DNA from: Octopus bimaculoides
Lineage: Eukaryota
DNA: 64,000 bases
Direction: 5' to 3'
Assembly (NCBI RefSeq): GCF_001194135.2
Contig: NC_068981.1
Span: forward strand, 62,808,193-62,872,192
Both the position numbers and the translations under genes were made by a program. Of the stretch, positions 23,835 through 38,334 are shown in pieces. Position 1 is the stretch's first letter. Every line of letters begins with the position of its first letter. A model generated the notes under the pieces. That model searched no databases and was not told the DNA's origin. It saw only the letters and a program-made list of their open reading frames with translations.

Positions 23835-26676
23835 AGAGTGTGTACGTGTGTGTGTGTATATATATATAAGAGAGTGTGTATGTATGTATGCATGTACGTA
23901 TGTATGTATGCATGTATGTATGTAAGTATGTGTGTGTGTGAGAGAGAGAGAAAGTGTGTGTGTGTCTCCACCTCTTCTCTCTTTTCTTTATCTTTGCATC
24001 TACTATATCTCTTCTGTGTCTGTCTACAAATGATAATACAAGACTTTAATACAGACTTATTGTCAGTTGAACAACTCGCGCATTCACATACACACACATA
24101 TACGCACACAATACAAAGACAAATACATACTTTCATCCCCTTCGCTCTGAAACTCGTACGAACAGTCACATACATACATACATACATACATACATACATA
24201 CATACATACACACATACACACATACATACATACACACATACATACATACATACATACATACATACATACATACATACATACAGCTGTGAATGAATAACAG
24301 AGTTAAGCAGGAAATCTAACATTAGAATTACTGATCAAGATAAAAACGTATCAGATAGAAATCTTACCAAAACAACTACCATCACCATCATCGCCAGAAC
24401 CTCTCCCCACCCCTTAAATAATCAACCCACCCTATCACAACTTTCATAGCAACTATGCTCCCACCACTTCCACAGAAACTACCACAACTTTAAAAAAGAC
24501 CATGATTACCACCGCTACACAAATACTAATACAAACTAAGAATAAATCATTGATATAGTACAGTTACCGATAAGGGAGTCTATCTGTAGTCAATTGACCT
24601 GTTAGAAGTAGCAGCCAAGTCTTCTTCAAAAGACACCTTTACTGCCTTCAAGAGTGAAGGGCGCATTAAATAATATAGTTTTAGACTCATTATGCTTGAA
24701 TTAAAGACGGAATTGTCGCGGTCAGAATATCCTTGCATATAGACCGGCTCCTTCAATGCTGACTTGGGGTTAAAGAAGAACGACAATAAAGAGCAGTGCT
24801 ATTCTATTTTAATGACCAAACTAAACAATACAACATGAAATAACACGAGCTTGACATGCCAGAAATAGCAGCCAAATTTCCCTCAAATTCTTGCCCCACA
24901 AAACAAAAATGGACACGACAGATGATACCATCCAGTTTACATAATTCCTGAGAATAAATGGCTACAGCTTCGACACCATTTCCTCATAGGTTTGCTCGAT
25001 TAACGCCAGTTTGATGTGAAACAACTCAATTAATGCGCCGAAGAGGAAGCCTCAACGTAAGATGGGAAGGTTTGGATTTTTTCGTACAGGACATAAAAAA
25101 GGTTTAATTGATTAGAAAAGACTTGGAGCTAAACAACAATAATATGTATTTCGTTTTCAAATTACTTATAGACCTTTATATAGTTGCTCAACTTGCTAAA
25201 ACAGCTTACTGGTTTAAAAAAGGACACAATAGGCAATATAGTACTCATTCTGAAAAAATATAGATGCATATGATTGAAATGCTTTGATGAAGGATCAACT
25301 TGATTATGGTTAAACTGAGATTGAACAGTTACTAGGCTTTTATTATCAGCTCACAATGATTGCTTTTAATCTCAACCGATTACAATTGTGTTCCTGCTGA
25401 AAGTATGATCACCTCCACAAAGAAGATCGCGAGTCAAAACCCCAGATCAACAGCATTCCCTACTCTGTCAGGAATGCTTATCAGGATGATGATAACTTTG
25501 TGGCAGTTCCAGTTTTCATTGAAATTCATATTGTAAATCCTAATATTTGTCTATTTTTCTCCTGTTCGTTGCCATGTACGAAACTCTCCACCCTTGAGTC
25601 ACCTTGTAGCTTCTGCCATTTAAAAGTAAAAATAACATTATATATNNNNNNNNNNNNNNNNNNNNNNNNNNNNNNNNNNNNNNNNNNNNNNNNNNNNNNN
25701 NNNNNNNNNNNNNNNNNNNNNNNNNNNNNNNNNNNNNNNNNNNNNNNNNNNNNNNNNNNNNNNNNNNNNNNNNNNNNNNNNNNNNNNNNNNNNNNNNNNN
25801 NNNNNNNNNNNNNNNNNNNNNNNNNNNNNNNNNNNNNNNNNNNNNNNNNNNNNNNNNNNNNNNNNNNNNNNNNNNNNNNNNNNNNNNNNNNNNNNNNNNN
25901 NNNNNNNNNNNNNNNNNNNNNNNNNNNNNNNNNNNNNNNNNNNNNNNNNNNNNNNNNNNNNNNNNNNNNNNNNNNNNNNNNNNNNNNNNNNNNNNNNNNN
26001 NNNNNNNNNNNNNNNNNNNNNNNNNNNNNNNNNNNNNNNNNNNNNNNNNNNNNNNNNNNNNNNNNNNNNNNNNNNNNNNNNNNNNNNNNNNNNNNNNNNN
26101 NNNNNNNNNNNNNNNNNNNNNNNNNNNNNNNNNNNNNNNNNNNNNNNNNNNNNNNNNNNNNNNNNNNNNNNNNNNNNNNNNNNNNNNNNNNNNNNNNNNN
26201 NNNNNNNNNNNNNNNNNNNNNNNNNNNNNNNNNNNNNNNNNNNNNNNNNNNNNNNNNNNNNNNNNNNNNNNNNNNNNNNNNNNNNNNNNNNNNNNNNNNN
26301 NNNNNNNNNNNNNNNNNNNNNNNNNNNNNNNNNNNNNNNNNNNNNNNNNNNNNNNNNNNNNNNNNNNNNNNNNNNNNNNNNNNNNNNNNNNNNNNNNNNN
26401 NNNNNNNNNNNNTATATATATATATATATATATATATATTAGTCGGAGTTTTTGATATATGCATGCACATATATTTCACATTTGTGATTATATGTATAAA
26501 TGTGTGTGTGTGTGTTCGTGTTCGCGCGCGCGTACACAGATACATATACTTACAAAAGGAGGCTCTCTGACACTGTGTGACAGGAATAGGCATCTCGTTC
26601 TCATCGACCCGACACCACACACAGTCCTAACTTCCTGATCTGATATAGCTAGCTGCCCATGTGCGTGTATCTGTAA

Positions 26677-26753
<77 letters not shown>

Positions 26754-27331
26754 GTTAGGAAAAAAAGATAGACTGAGTGTATCTAGCCTAGTATTTAAAG
26801 AAGGAATACAGCAAAATAAATGGATGGATCAACTCTAGATAAACCAATAACGACAACGTTTAACTTTAAAGAAATGTTAGTGGAAGCACTGGACTGTCCA
26901 GGCGCCAGCTACAATCTCTTCGCGACTATTCGCTAGTATGAGGTAATCTAATGAAATACAAATAAAAAGTACAGACGACTGAATTGCTTTTGAAGAACGG
27001 AAGGAAGTGAGTTTGTTGTTGTGTTTGTTGTTAAACCGTCTTTTCAACGTTTGGTTCTTTTTAGCCAGTTACAAATGTGTACATATAAGGTGTGAATTTG
27101 CCACCCACTGTGCGCATAAAAAAAAACATCACAAAGTGTATGCGTGTGTGTGTATGTGTGTGTGTGTATGTGTGTGTGAGTATGTGTGTAGTTTTGACTG
27201 TTTTCCGCCGTATTCTACACCGAAACCTGGATCGTTGCTATGTCAATTAAGTGTTGTAGTAAAAGAGTGACATGTGACCCCTTTGTATTCCGCTGCTGTA
27301 CATGGATGCATGGACAAGGTACTTAACATTA

Positions 27332-27375
<44 letters not shown>

Positions 27376-27637
27376 ATGCGCGCGCGCATTCATGCTGAAA
27401 GCAGGTGCCTGTTATTGTTGCTTAGCTCAAAAGTCACCGTGACTAAATTCACTTATGACCACAGAGACCCCAATTATGATTATCCGATCTTTCTAGTCAT
27501 AGACATATGATCAAAAACATTCCAGCCGTGATCATCTCACCGTTTATTAATGCTGATTATATGTAGGACATCATCATCCAAAATGTCTTTCTTTTATTTC
27601 AAGTGAAAGTAGGATATAATTTGAGATAGATTTGAGT

Positions 27638-27968
27638 GAAGGCGCATGACTCAGTGGTTAGAGCGTCATGAGTTAGTGAGTTCGATTCCCAGACAAGGTT
27701 GTGTGTTGTGTTCTTGAGCAAGACACTTTATTACACGTTGCTTCAGTTCACTCAGCTGTAGAAATGAGCTGTGGCGTCACTGGTGCCAAGCTGTATTGGT
27801 CTTTGCTTTTCCCTTGGACAACATCGGTGGCGTGGAGAGGGAAGGCTGGTATGCATGGGCGACTGCTGGTCTTCCATAAAACAACCTTGCCTGGACTTGT
27901 GCTTCGGAGGGTAACTTTCTAGGTGCAATCCCGTGGTCATTCATGACCGAAGGGGGTCTTTACCCCCC
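27638..27968 (+). mobile_element. tRNA-headed CORE-type SINE (family D), near full length
   Basis: A box TGACTCAGTGGTTAG, B box GAGTTCGATTCCC, CORE-like TTGTGTTCTTGAGCAAGACACTTTA, and a distinct 3' tail ending GGGGGTCTTTACCC. Confidence 0.85.
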
Positions 27969-27993
27969 CACCTTTTCTTTTTTTCTATCTAAT

Positions 27994-28200
27994 AGGTAGA
28001 GAGCTGGCACAAACGTTAGCACGTCGGGCAAAATTCTTAGAGGCATTTCGTCTGTTTTTACGTTCTGGGTTCACATCCATTCCTGGTCGATTTTGCCTTT
28101 CATCCTTTCAAGATCGATAGAACAAACGCCAGTTAACCACTGGAGTCGATGTAATGACTAACCTCTCCTCAAATTTCAGTCCTTGTGACTGTATTAGAAA
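27994..28200 (+). mobile_element. SINE family A copy
   Basis: GAGCTGGCACAAACGTTAGCACG..GCCTTTCATCCTTTCAAGATCGATAG. Confidence 0.75.
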
Positions 28201-28419
28201 CATCTCAACAAGCTCAAGAGACCACGTAGAGATTCTTTCGTTAGCTCGTGTTAAGGAGGCTACTGTTGTTTAACCCCCAGGTTGACTATTATCGAGCAGA
28301 GCACACCTATGCTCAAATTCGTTCCATTTATGACAATTCCGTATTCTTCATATGAAATACGAAAATTTAGTTCTCTTTCTGCACTCGAATTTTCGCAACT
28401 TTTTATATTTTCTTTTTTT

Positions 28420-28560
28420 TTTTTACTTGTTTCACTAGCAAATCCACTCACAAAATTTTGATCGGTCTAGTGGCTATAGTAGAAAACATTTGCCAATGTG
28501 CCACGTGGTGGGCTTGAACCCAAGACCATATGGCTGAGAAGTAAGCTTCCTAATCACACC
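28420..28560 (-). mobile_element. SINE family B, internally deleted
   Basis: CAAATCCACTCACAA..CTATAGTAGAAAACATTTGCC..GAACCCAAGACCAT; 5' half joined to the tail. Confidence 0.65.
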
Positions 28561-28699
28561 AACTCACGTGTTCAAAGTGTTTTCATTGTCCCCAAAATTT
28601 TAGTGAGTGCGCTAACACCTCCTGCACCCACTGTTCCCGACCACACGGATAGAAATACTAAAATAAAAGTTCCTGTGTTGAACTGCTTCAAAGAACTCA

Positions 28700-29126
28700 A
28701 TACTGATTTCAAATTTTGGTACGAGGCCAACAATGTTGATGGTGTCAGGGTAAGTCAATTGCATCGACCCCCAAAGCTCAACTACCGACTCCGAAAGGAT
28801 GGAAGGTAAAGTTGCCATCAGAGTATAAAGACGGACGAAGTACCGCCAAGCATTTTGCTCGATGTGCACACCGCCTTAAAAGAACTCAATATTGGTTACA
28901 TGGTAAGTTATAGATATTCATTCCCGCCTTAATGTATCTGACTATGGCAGATTTTGGAAATATTGGTTTCAAATTTTGGCACTAGGCCAGCAGGTTTGAG
29001 GGAGGGGCAAATTTGATTAATAAATCGAACTCAGTGTTCAACTGGCACTTATTCTATTGATCCCCGAAAGGATGAAAGGCAAAGTCGATCCCACCGAAAT
29101 TTGAACACAGAACGTGAAGACAGATG
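28700..29126 (-). mobile_element. Two SINE family A copies (28700-28878, 28958-29126)
   Basis: Both carry CGAAAGGATG(G)AA(A)GG.AAAGT and the TTTCAAATTTTGG tail. Confidence 0.75.
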
Positions 29127-29751
29127 AAAGGACTTGGAAAATATTAACCATAAAATAAACTTTTTCTGTCATTGATTTTTCTTTTACTTTGTTCTTTTTT
29201 TTTTTGCTTTGTCTGTTTTTTTACTTTTTTGTTTTGTTTGTGGCGGGGGTGTTGACCTTGATTCGTGAAGGCATCCTAGTGCATCAAATTGTAGGGGACA
29301 GGATGTAACGTGTTCGGCAGATGATGAAATGGTCAAAATTTACGTGCGACTAACATCCTAGCTTGGAGCGTAAATGTTTCATTTTAACTGCTTCTGAATG
29401 CATTGAAAACTGAGATAAGCTCCTGTATACATAGCCCCCGCCGACGACTTCTTTCTTATTAATAGCAGTTGTGCATATAAATATATGCATGTAGGTCGCG
29501 TGTATGTGTGTGTATATATATATATATACGTATATATATATATATACATACANNNNNNNNNNNNNNNNNNNNNNNNNNNNNNNNNNNNNNNNNNNNNNNN
29601 NNNNNNNNNNNNNNNNNNNNNNNNNNNNNNNNNNNNNNNNNNNNNNNNNNNNNNNNNNNNNNNNNNNNNNNNNNNNNNNNNNNNNNNNNNNNNNNNNNNN
29701 NNNNNNNNNNNNNNNNNNNNNNNNNNNNNNNNNNNNNNNNNNNNNNNNNNN

Positions 29752-29790
<39 letters not shown>

Positions 29791-30324
29791 GGAATGTGTG
29801 TAATATATATATACACACATAGAATGTGTGTATGTAATATTTATATGTATATATATGTATACACACACATAGAATGTGTGTATGCAATATATGTGTGTGT
29901 GTGTGTGTGTGCATACATTTTCAGCTTCTACTCCAGCAATGTCACTATAGATGCTGCACTGCTAATACAACTACTATTGCCACCACCACTGTTACCACCT
30001 TATATGCTACTACTACCACTACTGTCACGGCCTTCCTTCAACTAGGCAGTATATCACAATGTGTGGGTTGGGTTGTAAACGATAGTCATTCAAGCTAATT
30101 ACAATTCTTTATCAAATTAACAGGGTCTTTTTTCTCCTTCTATATAAAAACAAAAAGAAACTGAGGTACGTCATGTTTTACGTTGAATATTATTTTGTGT
30201 GTTAGAGAAGATATTATTCTTAAAGAAAAATATCAAATTATCGTGAGCTAAAACTGATTCTCAAACACTAGTCCCACACTCACACACTATTAGTAAAAAC
30301 CTTTTGCTTTCGCCCTCTGTTTAT

Positions 30325-30552
30325 TAATGGCTTCAAATTTTGACACAAAGCCAGCAGTTTTAATCGGATAGGGATCATCGAAAACATCGACTCTAGTACT
30401 AGACTGGTAATTTGTTTTATCGACACCCCCGGAAGGATGACAGGGAAAGTTAACCCGGGCAGAATCTGAACTCAGAACTTAATGAGTGAGTCGGAAGAAA
30501 TTCTGCAAAGCAGTTTTCTCCGACATCCTACAATTTTTGTCAACTCGCCCTC
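30325..30552 (-). mobile_element. SINE family A copy
   Basis: TTCAAATTTTGACACAAAGCCAGC..TTTATCGAC..GGAAGGATGA..CTGAACTCAGAAC. Confidence 0.7.
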
Positions 30553-30949
30553 CACTTCACTTTTTTACTAATGAGAAGACAGAATAGAGCTTTGCCTTTC
30601 ATCTTTTCACGCTCAATATGAAAAAATATAAGTACCAATCTAGAGTAGTGGATTGGTAGAACTGTAACAAATTCAACCCAGGTGTCTTGAGGTATTTGAC
30701 CTGGTATTTGACCTGGTTCTTTGCTTTCTGCTATGGCCTACACGGGTATTAGACTTAATGCGTCATCCGGTTTAACCCCGCCACCTGGAGCACCTTGGAC
30801 AGGTACCTTCACTGGAGTTGTCTGTTGCCAGCATTCTGACCGGATCTCCAGTTTGAGGATGCATTCTTCCATCCCTCTTATCAATCTCAGCAACCCTATT
30901 AAGTCATTGGTGATACCTTACCTCCTGGCTGAAAGATAAGAAAAAAATT

Positions 30950-31335
30950 CGCATGAGTAGTGTGAAGGTGAGTAGCTCGCTTTACAGTCACGTACAATAG
31001 GGTTCAGTCCCACTGCGGGGCACTTTGGGCAAATGTCTTTAGCTATAGCCTTGAGCCGACCAATACCCAGTGAATGAATTTAGTAGACGGAAACTGTAAG
31101 GAAGCGCGCGCGCACGTGTGTATGTGTGTGTCTTTGTGCTTGTTCCCACTCCCGACTGATTGACAACCGGTATTAGTTCGTTTACGTACCCGTAACTTAG
31201 CGGTTCGATAAAAGAACCCCGACAGAATATGTGCCAGACTTGAAAATAAGTATTGGAGACGATTTGTTCTACTAAATTCTCCAAAGTAATGCCCCAGCAT
31301 GGCTACAGTCCCATGACTGAAACAACTAAAAGAAG
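30950..31335 (+). mobile_element. SINE family B copy
   Basis: GGGTTCAGTCCCACTGCG..CTTTGGGCAAATGTC..GACGGAAACTG..CCCGTAACTTAGCGGTTCG..CCCCAGCATGGC. Confidence 0.8.
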
Positions 31336-31974
31336 AAATTTTTTTCGTCGTCATATTGCTGGAAACATTTAAAATATTGCAAGTACAACGTATATCACGT
31401 GACCACGTGATAGACCAGACTATCGGATGTTGTTATACATCGCTGATCACAATGCGCTTTGCATCACTTTAACTTTCGAATGATGCCACCCAGCTGTCTA
31501 GGTGAGAAGGCCAACATTACCTCTGATCTGAAGGATTCTCCATCGCAGGGTTACCCATTTACAGCTGTATGGATTTTTATCACATTTTGCAATTTTCTCC
31601 CACATTTTCAACTTTCACTCTTCTACTTCCTATTAGAAACCCTGAATTAAAGTATTCCAGTGAAAATAAGATTAAGGCATAATGTATGTTTAATAATTTG
31701 GGGTTAAATGGTTGAAACTGAGTCAAATTATTTCCTCTTCATTTATTAATTTATTTTTTGTAAAGATATATTCTGAAATTTTTCATTGTTGATTGATGTA
31801 TACATATACTTTCTCTACCGGTTGTCAGTGCTTAGGTTAGGTTATGATAATCCCAGTATTAAAGACAACAGTCGGTTCATACGTTTCTTGACACACACAG
31901 TAGGAGAATTTCGGCCTAATATTGCAAAGAATTCAGTGCTAGTCATAAAATATGCAAAGGGGTTCCATTGGAAG

Positions 31975-32320
31975 AAGCAACTGATTATTTTATTTCATCG
32001 ACCACGAAGGATGAAAGGCAAAGTCAACCTCGGTGGCATTTGAACTCGAAACGTAAAGACGGACGAAGCCAGCTCACCATCTTAATTTCAAATTTTGACA
32101 CAAGGCCAACAGTTTCGGGAAAGAGTGTACTGACTCCCCAGTGTTTAACTGGTATTATTTTATCGACCCTGAAAGGATGAAAGCAAGGTCGACCTCGACG
32201 GTTTTTGAACTCGGGAAGTAAAGACGGACGAAATAACGCTAAGCATTTTGCTCGGCATGCTAACGATTCCGCCAGTTCGTTACATTAATAATAGTTTCAA
32301 ATTTTGACACAAAGTCATCA
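31975..32320 (-). mobile_element. Cluster of tandem SINE family A copies
   Basis: Two central blocks (31998-32060, 32160-32230) and a third tail at 32295, all in the same orientation. Confidence 0.8.
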
Positions 32321-32418
32321 GGTTTAATAATTTCTTTTATTTATCACAGGTGCATTAGATATGGATGACATTACAGGGGCAGTTTGCAATTTGTGTGGGG
32401 TTTACATAACAGATAAGT

Positions 32419-32804
32419 GGAGGCGCAATGGCCTAGTGGTTAGGGCAGCGGACTCGCGGTCATAGGATCGCAGTTTCGATTCCCAGACCGGGCGTTGTGA
32501 GTGTTTCTTGAGCGAAAACACCTAAAGCTCCACGAGGCTCCGACAGGGGGTGGTGGCGAACCCTGCTGTACTCTTTCACCACAACTTTCTCTCACTCTTA
32601 CTTCCTGTTTCTGTTGTGCCTGTAATTCAAAGGGTCAGCCTTGTCACACTGTGTCACGCTGAATATCGCCGAGAACTACGTTAAGGGTACACGTGTCTGT
32701 GGAGTGCTCAGCCACTTGCACGTTAATTTCACGAGCAGGCTGTTCCGTTGATCGGATCAACTGGGACCCTCGACGTCGTAAGCGACGGAGTGCCAACAAC
32801 AACA
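32419..32804 (+). mobile_element. Full-length tRNA-headed SINE (family E; possibly the tRNA-Arg-related octopus OR type, not verified)
   Basis: A box TGGCCTAGTGGTTAG, TCG in an anticodon-like loop, B box GTTTCGATTCCC, unique body and an (AAC)n tail. Confidence 0.85.
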
Positions 32805-33648
32805 TAACAGATAGGGGCAAAAGAGAGAGGAGGGTTAAATTAGGTATATAGCATATATAAATGTGTGAATACATCTATGATACAGCCTTCTTGATACAGG
32901 AAAAATTTCCAGCTACGGCCAGTCAAGGAACTTCACAGATCCTGGTTCACCTTCACAACTAAGGGTAAAAGCTCATGCCAATATGTTACTCTCCAATCTA
33001 CAGACGCTTGCTCAGAGTTGATTCTTTCATCCTAATCATCTATTTCACAATTACTCTTAGCTAGCGCAATGACTCGACTGCAAGATGGCATCCTAAGTTC
33101 TCATACATTTTATAATAAATGTGGTGAATATTTGGTAAATTCTGACGCAGTTCTAACAGTGAAGATGGCTGTACTCAAAACTTCAATGCTATCAATAAAA
33201 ATCTGTTTTCTGTCATCATCACCACTATCTCCACTTCTGTTTCCTTATTCCACATCGTTCTCTCACCAAACTAACATTTCTGGCGTCTTAATTTGTTTCT
33301 TTGACAGATGACAATTAAAATATTGAATTATGAGCAGACGACAATTACGCTAAGTTAAACAGCAACCGACATTTTCTTTATTGTTTATATTACAGCAACG
33401 ATATCGCTAACGGAGGTAATGGTGGTAATGGGCGTCGTCGTCAGACAGTAAATAAATTATTTTGCCTTGCTTGTCGTAACAATGAAAGAAGCAATATATA
33501 TTCATTTTTTACATTATCCCTTAGATTGTTACCTGTCTGTGTGCGTGTATGTGTTTGAGTGTGCGTGAATTTATGACTGTATGTATATAAATCTAAGTAG
33601 ACATATATAAATATATGTTTTGCATCTGTTTGTATGCATGCGCATATC

Positions 33649-33689
<41 letters not shown>

Positions 33690-33783
33690 GAGAGAGAGAG
33701 AGAGAGAGAGAGGTAGATAGATAAATAGATATAAATGTATATACATATGCATGTGTGTAAATATACATTTATACTTGTATGTG

Positions 33784-33814
<31 letters not shown>

Positions 33815-34089
33815 GCATCTATGTAAACATACATTTATGTGTGTGTGTGCGCGCGCACACACACACGTTTATACACACACAAACATGTATATGCATACGA
33901 GTATAGACACATATACACACAGGCATCCACACATGTATGTATATTATCTGAGGAGATCCACTTATAATGTCATTTAGTCTACGTTTAGTCTAGAAATATG
34001 TAGATGTTGTCAAAAACTGTGAATACAGGAATTTAAAATATATAAATATTTATATATCTAAAATAATAAAAATCAAAGCACGAGAAATT

Positions 34090-34173
<84 letters not shown>

Positions 34174-35339
34174 CTCACTCTGCGCACACACACAAATACA
34201 CTGATTTCATGTGTGGACTTGTAAACCACAGTATCGTTCTTTTGATATTACTTGTTGAATATTTTTTCAAAAATAATATTTCATGAATTGAACTAGTGTC
34301 AAAGGTGAACTGTAAAATTTGGTGTTTATTTTATTTTTTTTATTCTTCTTTCTTCTGTTACTCTCCCATTCCGTACCTCGTTTTTATCCATTTTTATATA
34401 TATTTCTCTTTCGCTGATATTAAATGATGAATTAATCTACTACTGAAACATTGGTGAGAAGATACTGCTGTTATCATTGTTTAACAAGAGTTTGCTTCAA
34501 TGAACAAGCTTCACTAGAAGCAGTGACAAGTGTCTATCAGTAAATTTATACTAACCCTGATGCGCTTAAAGGTTAATGAGTGGTCTTTTGTTTTATTTTT
34601 CCACTACCTCTCTTTTTATCTTTGATGATTGCTATAACTGGAATGTCGAGCGACAACGTAGGGGACCCTTTGTTATAAAGGGTTACCCAATAATTGTTGG
34701 CAGTAGTAACTGTTTCGTTGCGGAAATCTGAACAACGTATCTTTTTAAATATATGTGGCTCCATCTCGCAAAGGTTGTTAATATGAAGGAGATAACTGTA
34801 CCGTTACAGCATGAGGCAGGATTAGAAATTTGAATTTGAAATACGAGCAAGAAAGTCAGTAGAGTTTCCTATGAAGTTCTAACAATTTCTAGTTGGTGGT
34901 ATTCATATATGGCACTATTTCATTCTTTTTGGAAATCTTCAGCATGATATAATGTATAGCTTATAAATTAGATATATTACGAAGTGAGATATTTTATTAA
35001 AATTACGGATGAAATTATGCAATCTGTGGGAAATTCAGTATTGCAAATCGATCCTCATTTTCACTATGAGTAAGGAGTTAAATTACGATAAAATGTTTTA
35101 TTACGAAAAGAATCTTGAATAAATGATCCACAATTTGGAAATTAGGTAAAGAAATGTAGCACGAAAGCAATAAAGTTTTGTGTAACGTATGTAATGTAGA
35201 CAAACCTACAAAACCAATTTAATAAAACATACATGCTTCTTCAGCTATAGAGAAAAAATAGTACAGTAAAAACAAAATGAAGCCCGCTGCAAATTATGAA
35301 AGTAGTTTTTATTTTTTCTAAGATCAAAACAACTAAAAT

Positions 35340-35775
35340 CTGACCATCCATCTATTTTTGCCGTCCACTAATCCGAGGGAAGTTGAGTGGGTAGAGTCCC
35401 CAAGTACTTTCTCCATGGCGTCCTAAAAGAAGCAACAGCCATTAAACGTCCCTGTTAGATTCCCTAGCGTAACCAACTGAGACTATAGATATTAACCATT
35501 TCGCTTATGATCTTCCTCTGGATCTCCTGTTGGTTACATCGATTTGAAGAATCTGTCTTGCGATCCTTTCCTGCAGCATTCTAATTATATGTCCATAGTA
35601 GCGGAGCATTGACCTCTCGGTGCGGAAAAAATTTGGAGAGACTACCTGATCTTCGATCTGCACTACTTATCAAGTAACATTACTCAATGGATCCTTCAGA
35701 GAAACCCTATTTCGGTCGCTTCTATTTCCCATCGTACCCTTTCAATTATCACTCAACATTCAGTACCCTAGGTGA
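35340..35775 (-). mobile_element. RTE-clade LINE 3' end relic
   Basis: Minus-strand translation gives IEATEIGFL, RSMLRYYGHIIRMLQERIARQILQ (cf. LRWFGHVxRMxxER) and RRSRGR, with a (GATG)-like tail. Confidence 0.7.
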
Positions 35776-35938
35776 GGATAGGTACGAAAACAATGTGGAA
35801 TGAAAATTTTCAGAAATATATTCTGATATATATATACTGTCTTTGGTGCGAAATGATAAAGTGCTGCATTTTAGTATGGAACTTCAGACGACTGGTGTGG
35901 ATTGAATGTCTTCTTACTTTTAATTTCAATGCATCCAT

Positions 35939-36130
35939 TAAGGCGGGAAGCTGGCAGAATCGTTAGCACGCCGGGGAAAAATGCTTAGTCTTCATGTTCT
36001 GAGTTCAAATTCCGCCGAGGTAGACTTTGTTTTTCATCATGTTCGGGGTTGATAAAGCAAGTACCAGTTGAGCATTGGAATCGATTTAATCCCTCTCCCA
36101 ATATTGTTTTCTTTGTGCAAAAACTTAGAA
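35939..36130 (+). mobile_element. SINE family A copy
   Basis: TAAGGCGGGAAGCTGGCAGAATCGTTAGCACGCCGGG..GAGTTCAAATTCCGCCGAGG. Confidence 0.85.
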
Positions 36131-37312
36131 GCAATATCAATGCATTCTTTAATATTCTAATTTCCTTCTGTTTACATCTTTCTTATACTTACAGCAGTCT
36201 TAGTAAGGTTCGAAGAAGTTAATCTGTACGTAATAGCTCAGTCTGCTAGCTATGGCAATCAAATATCCCTAAATACACACCATGCCGTCTCTAAAGAGAA
36301 TATGCACAGTGCGGGATGATCGCGAGTAAAATTATCTTGAAGCTAGGTCAGCTTGACCTAGGACCAAACAATAGCAATCACTAAACAAGTGAAATTAATA
36401 CGTACTGATTCGTTCTGATTGTTGCTCTTTTTATAATCTTAAATCCTAATCTATGTTAATGCCTCTAGACACACAGATTCTTCAACAGGTCCATAGCAGC
36501 CTTTAATGAAGGTTCTTTCTGATCCACAACCCTGGTTCTGACGCACGCTTTTAATGCAGATATTGGCCTATAAGTGTTTAGGCTGAGCAACGCTTTTTTA
36601 TGTGTGTATGTTATGTATATATAGATATGTGTGTGAGTGAACATATATGTATATATGTGTGTTATGCGTATATGTAGTCACACACATATCACATAAATAT
36701 TACGTGTGTGTTTGTATCATATATGTCATGTATATATGTATAGATGAATGTATATATACAAATGAACGCGCGCTCATACATAAATATAATTAAGAGTTCT
36801 CAGTAATGCGTCTCTATGTTAGACATGTGTGTTTGCGTGCACGCATGTGATAGAGACCAACTAGTAAGCTATATTTTTCAGTATGTTCGACCTTTAGATA
36901 AATATTTTTAAAAAAAGAACTCTAATAAGAAAATATATTTGTAGCAGGGCACTTTGAAGCGGTAATGAACACAGAAGGAGTCTGTCTGCATTAGCCTATG
37001 TGTATATTTGTCTAAATAGTATTTAAACAAGGTTATTAGTTTCTGCCCTTCGTCTGTAGATCCCATCTACTTTACCACGCCGTTATTAAATGAGAAAGAC
37101 CACCCAAGTTTCTACTATAGCATAGCTTCTAAATTTCAACTTTTAAAGTTTGGTATCACAATTTATTTTAATGATTTCTAAATACAAAAATTGCTAAACA
37201 TGCATGTGTGTGTGTGTGCGTGCATAGAGATGTTCATATGAACGTTTACATCTGCACATATGTATGCATATATGCACGTGTGAATGCATGTATATGTATG
37301 CACATATATTTT

Positions 37313-37359
<47 letters not shown>

Positions 37360-37726
37360 CACACATACAGATTTATATATATATACACACACATACAAAT
37401 TTTTATATACACATACAAGCGTACATATGCATGTATGCATAGATATACGCATTCATAAATATATGCACATACGTATAATAGAGAAAGAAACGAGTTAGCA
37501 GTCACAAGAGTATCGGGTATAAATCTTTACACTATTTGTTCCAGCTATGTACTGCTTGAGTTCAAATCATACGGGGTTAACTTTGCCATACATCTTTTCG
37601 GATTTGCTAAATAAAATAGCCCTGTACAACCTGCTGAGCAATGGATTTCACGATGTTTAAAATGCCTTAGAGATCTTGTATATCACATCCGCTCCCCTGC
37701 AATTCCATCCGGAATCGGGAACACAC

Positions 37727-37778
<52 letters not shown>

Positions 37779-38334
37779 ACTTTACCATGTATCTGCAGAA
37801 CAAACATATCCATTCATAGAAATAATCCTCACACACACACACACACACATGCATTATATAAGATAGAGATGAGGAACTGAAGAAAAACGTTTTGATAAAT
37901 AATTTTTATGTCATTTACAATCAGGATATCATGCTGTTGCCCTGGGTTTCTCTGTAGCAGACTGTGTGCCAAAGTGGCTGCTGCTTTGGATAAAAACATA
38001 TCTTCAAATACCTTGGCTTACAGTCAGACATTTCACCGACTGAGCGAATGTTTGCTGACCCGCCCAGTCAGCAAGGAACCCCGATTACCACAAGGGTATC
38101 CTGACTTTAATTTGTATATGGGTGGGTGTGTTTTATTGCTTTCTATAAATATATACATCTACATACGATTTTTCGATTAACAACACATATGTATATTATA
38201 TAATTTACATACATATGTGTGTCTCTCCATATGTAGTGTCTCTGTCATAAGTTAGTATACAACATTGTAAAATATCTATTAATCTGAATTTTAATAGCTA
38301 AATTTTATCTGCCTAGGCAGCGGAATCAGCCGTA

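Noticed and set aside
25403-25645. ~80-codon open frame (YDHLHKEDRESKPQINSIPYSVRNAYQDDDNF...) running into a gap
   Set aside because: Weak splice sites and no recognisable homology; cannot be supported without expression data.
30910-30950. Minus-strand 7- or 12-nt microexon (ttttcttatctttcag|CCAGGAG|gtaagg)
   Set aside because: The pyrimidine tract is the complement of an A-rich stretch at a SINE boundary, and there is no independent support.
32419-32495. tRNA-like sequences, also at 27638 and 7967
   Set aside because: They have A/B boxes but no complete cloverleaf and continue into SINE bodies, so they are SINE heads rather than tRNA genes.
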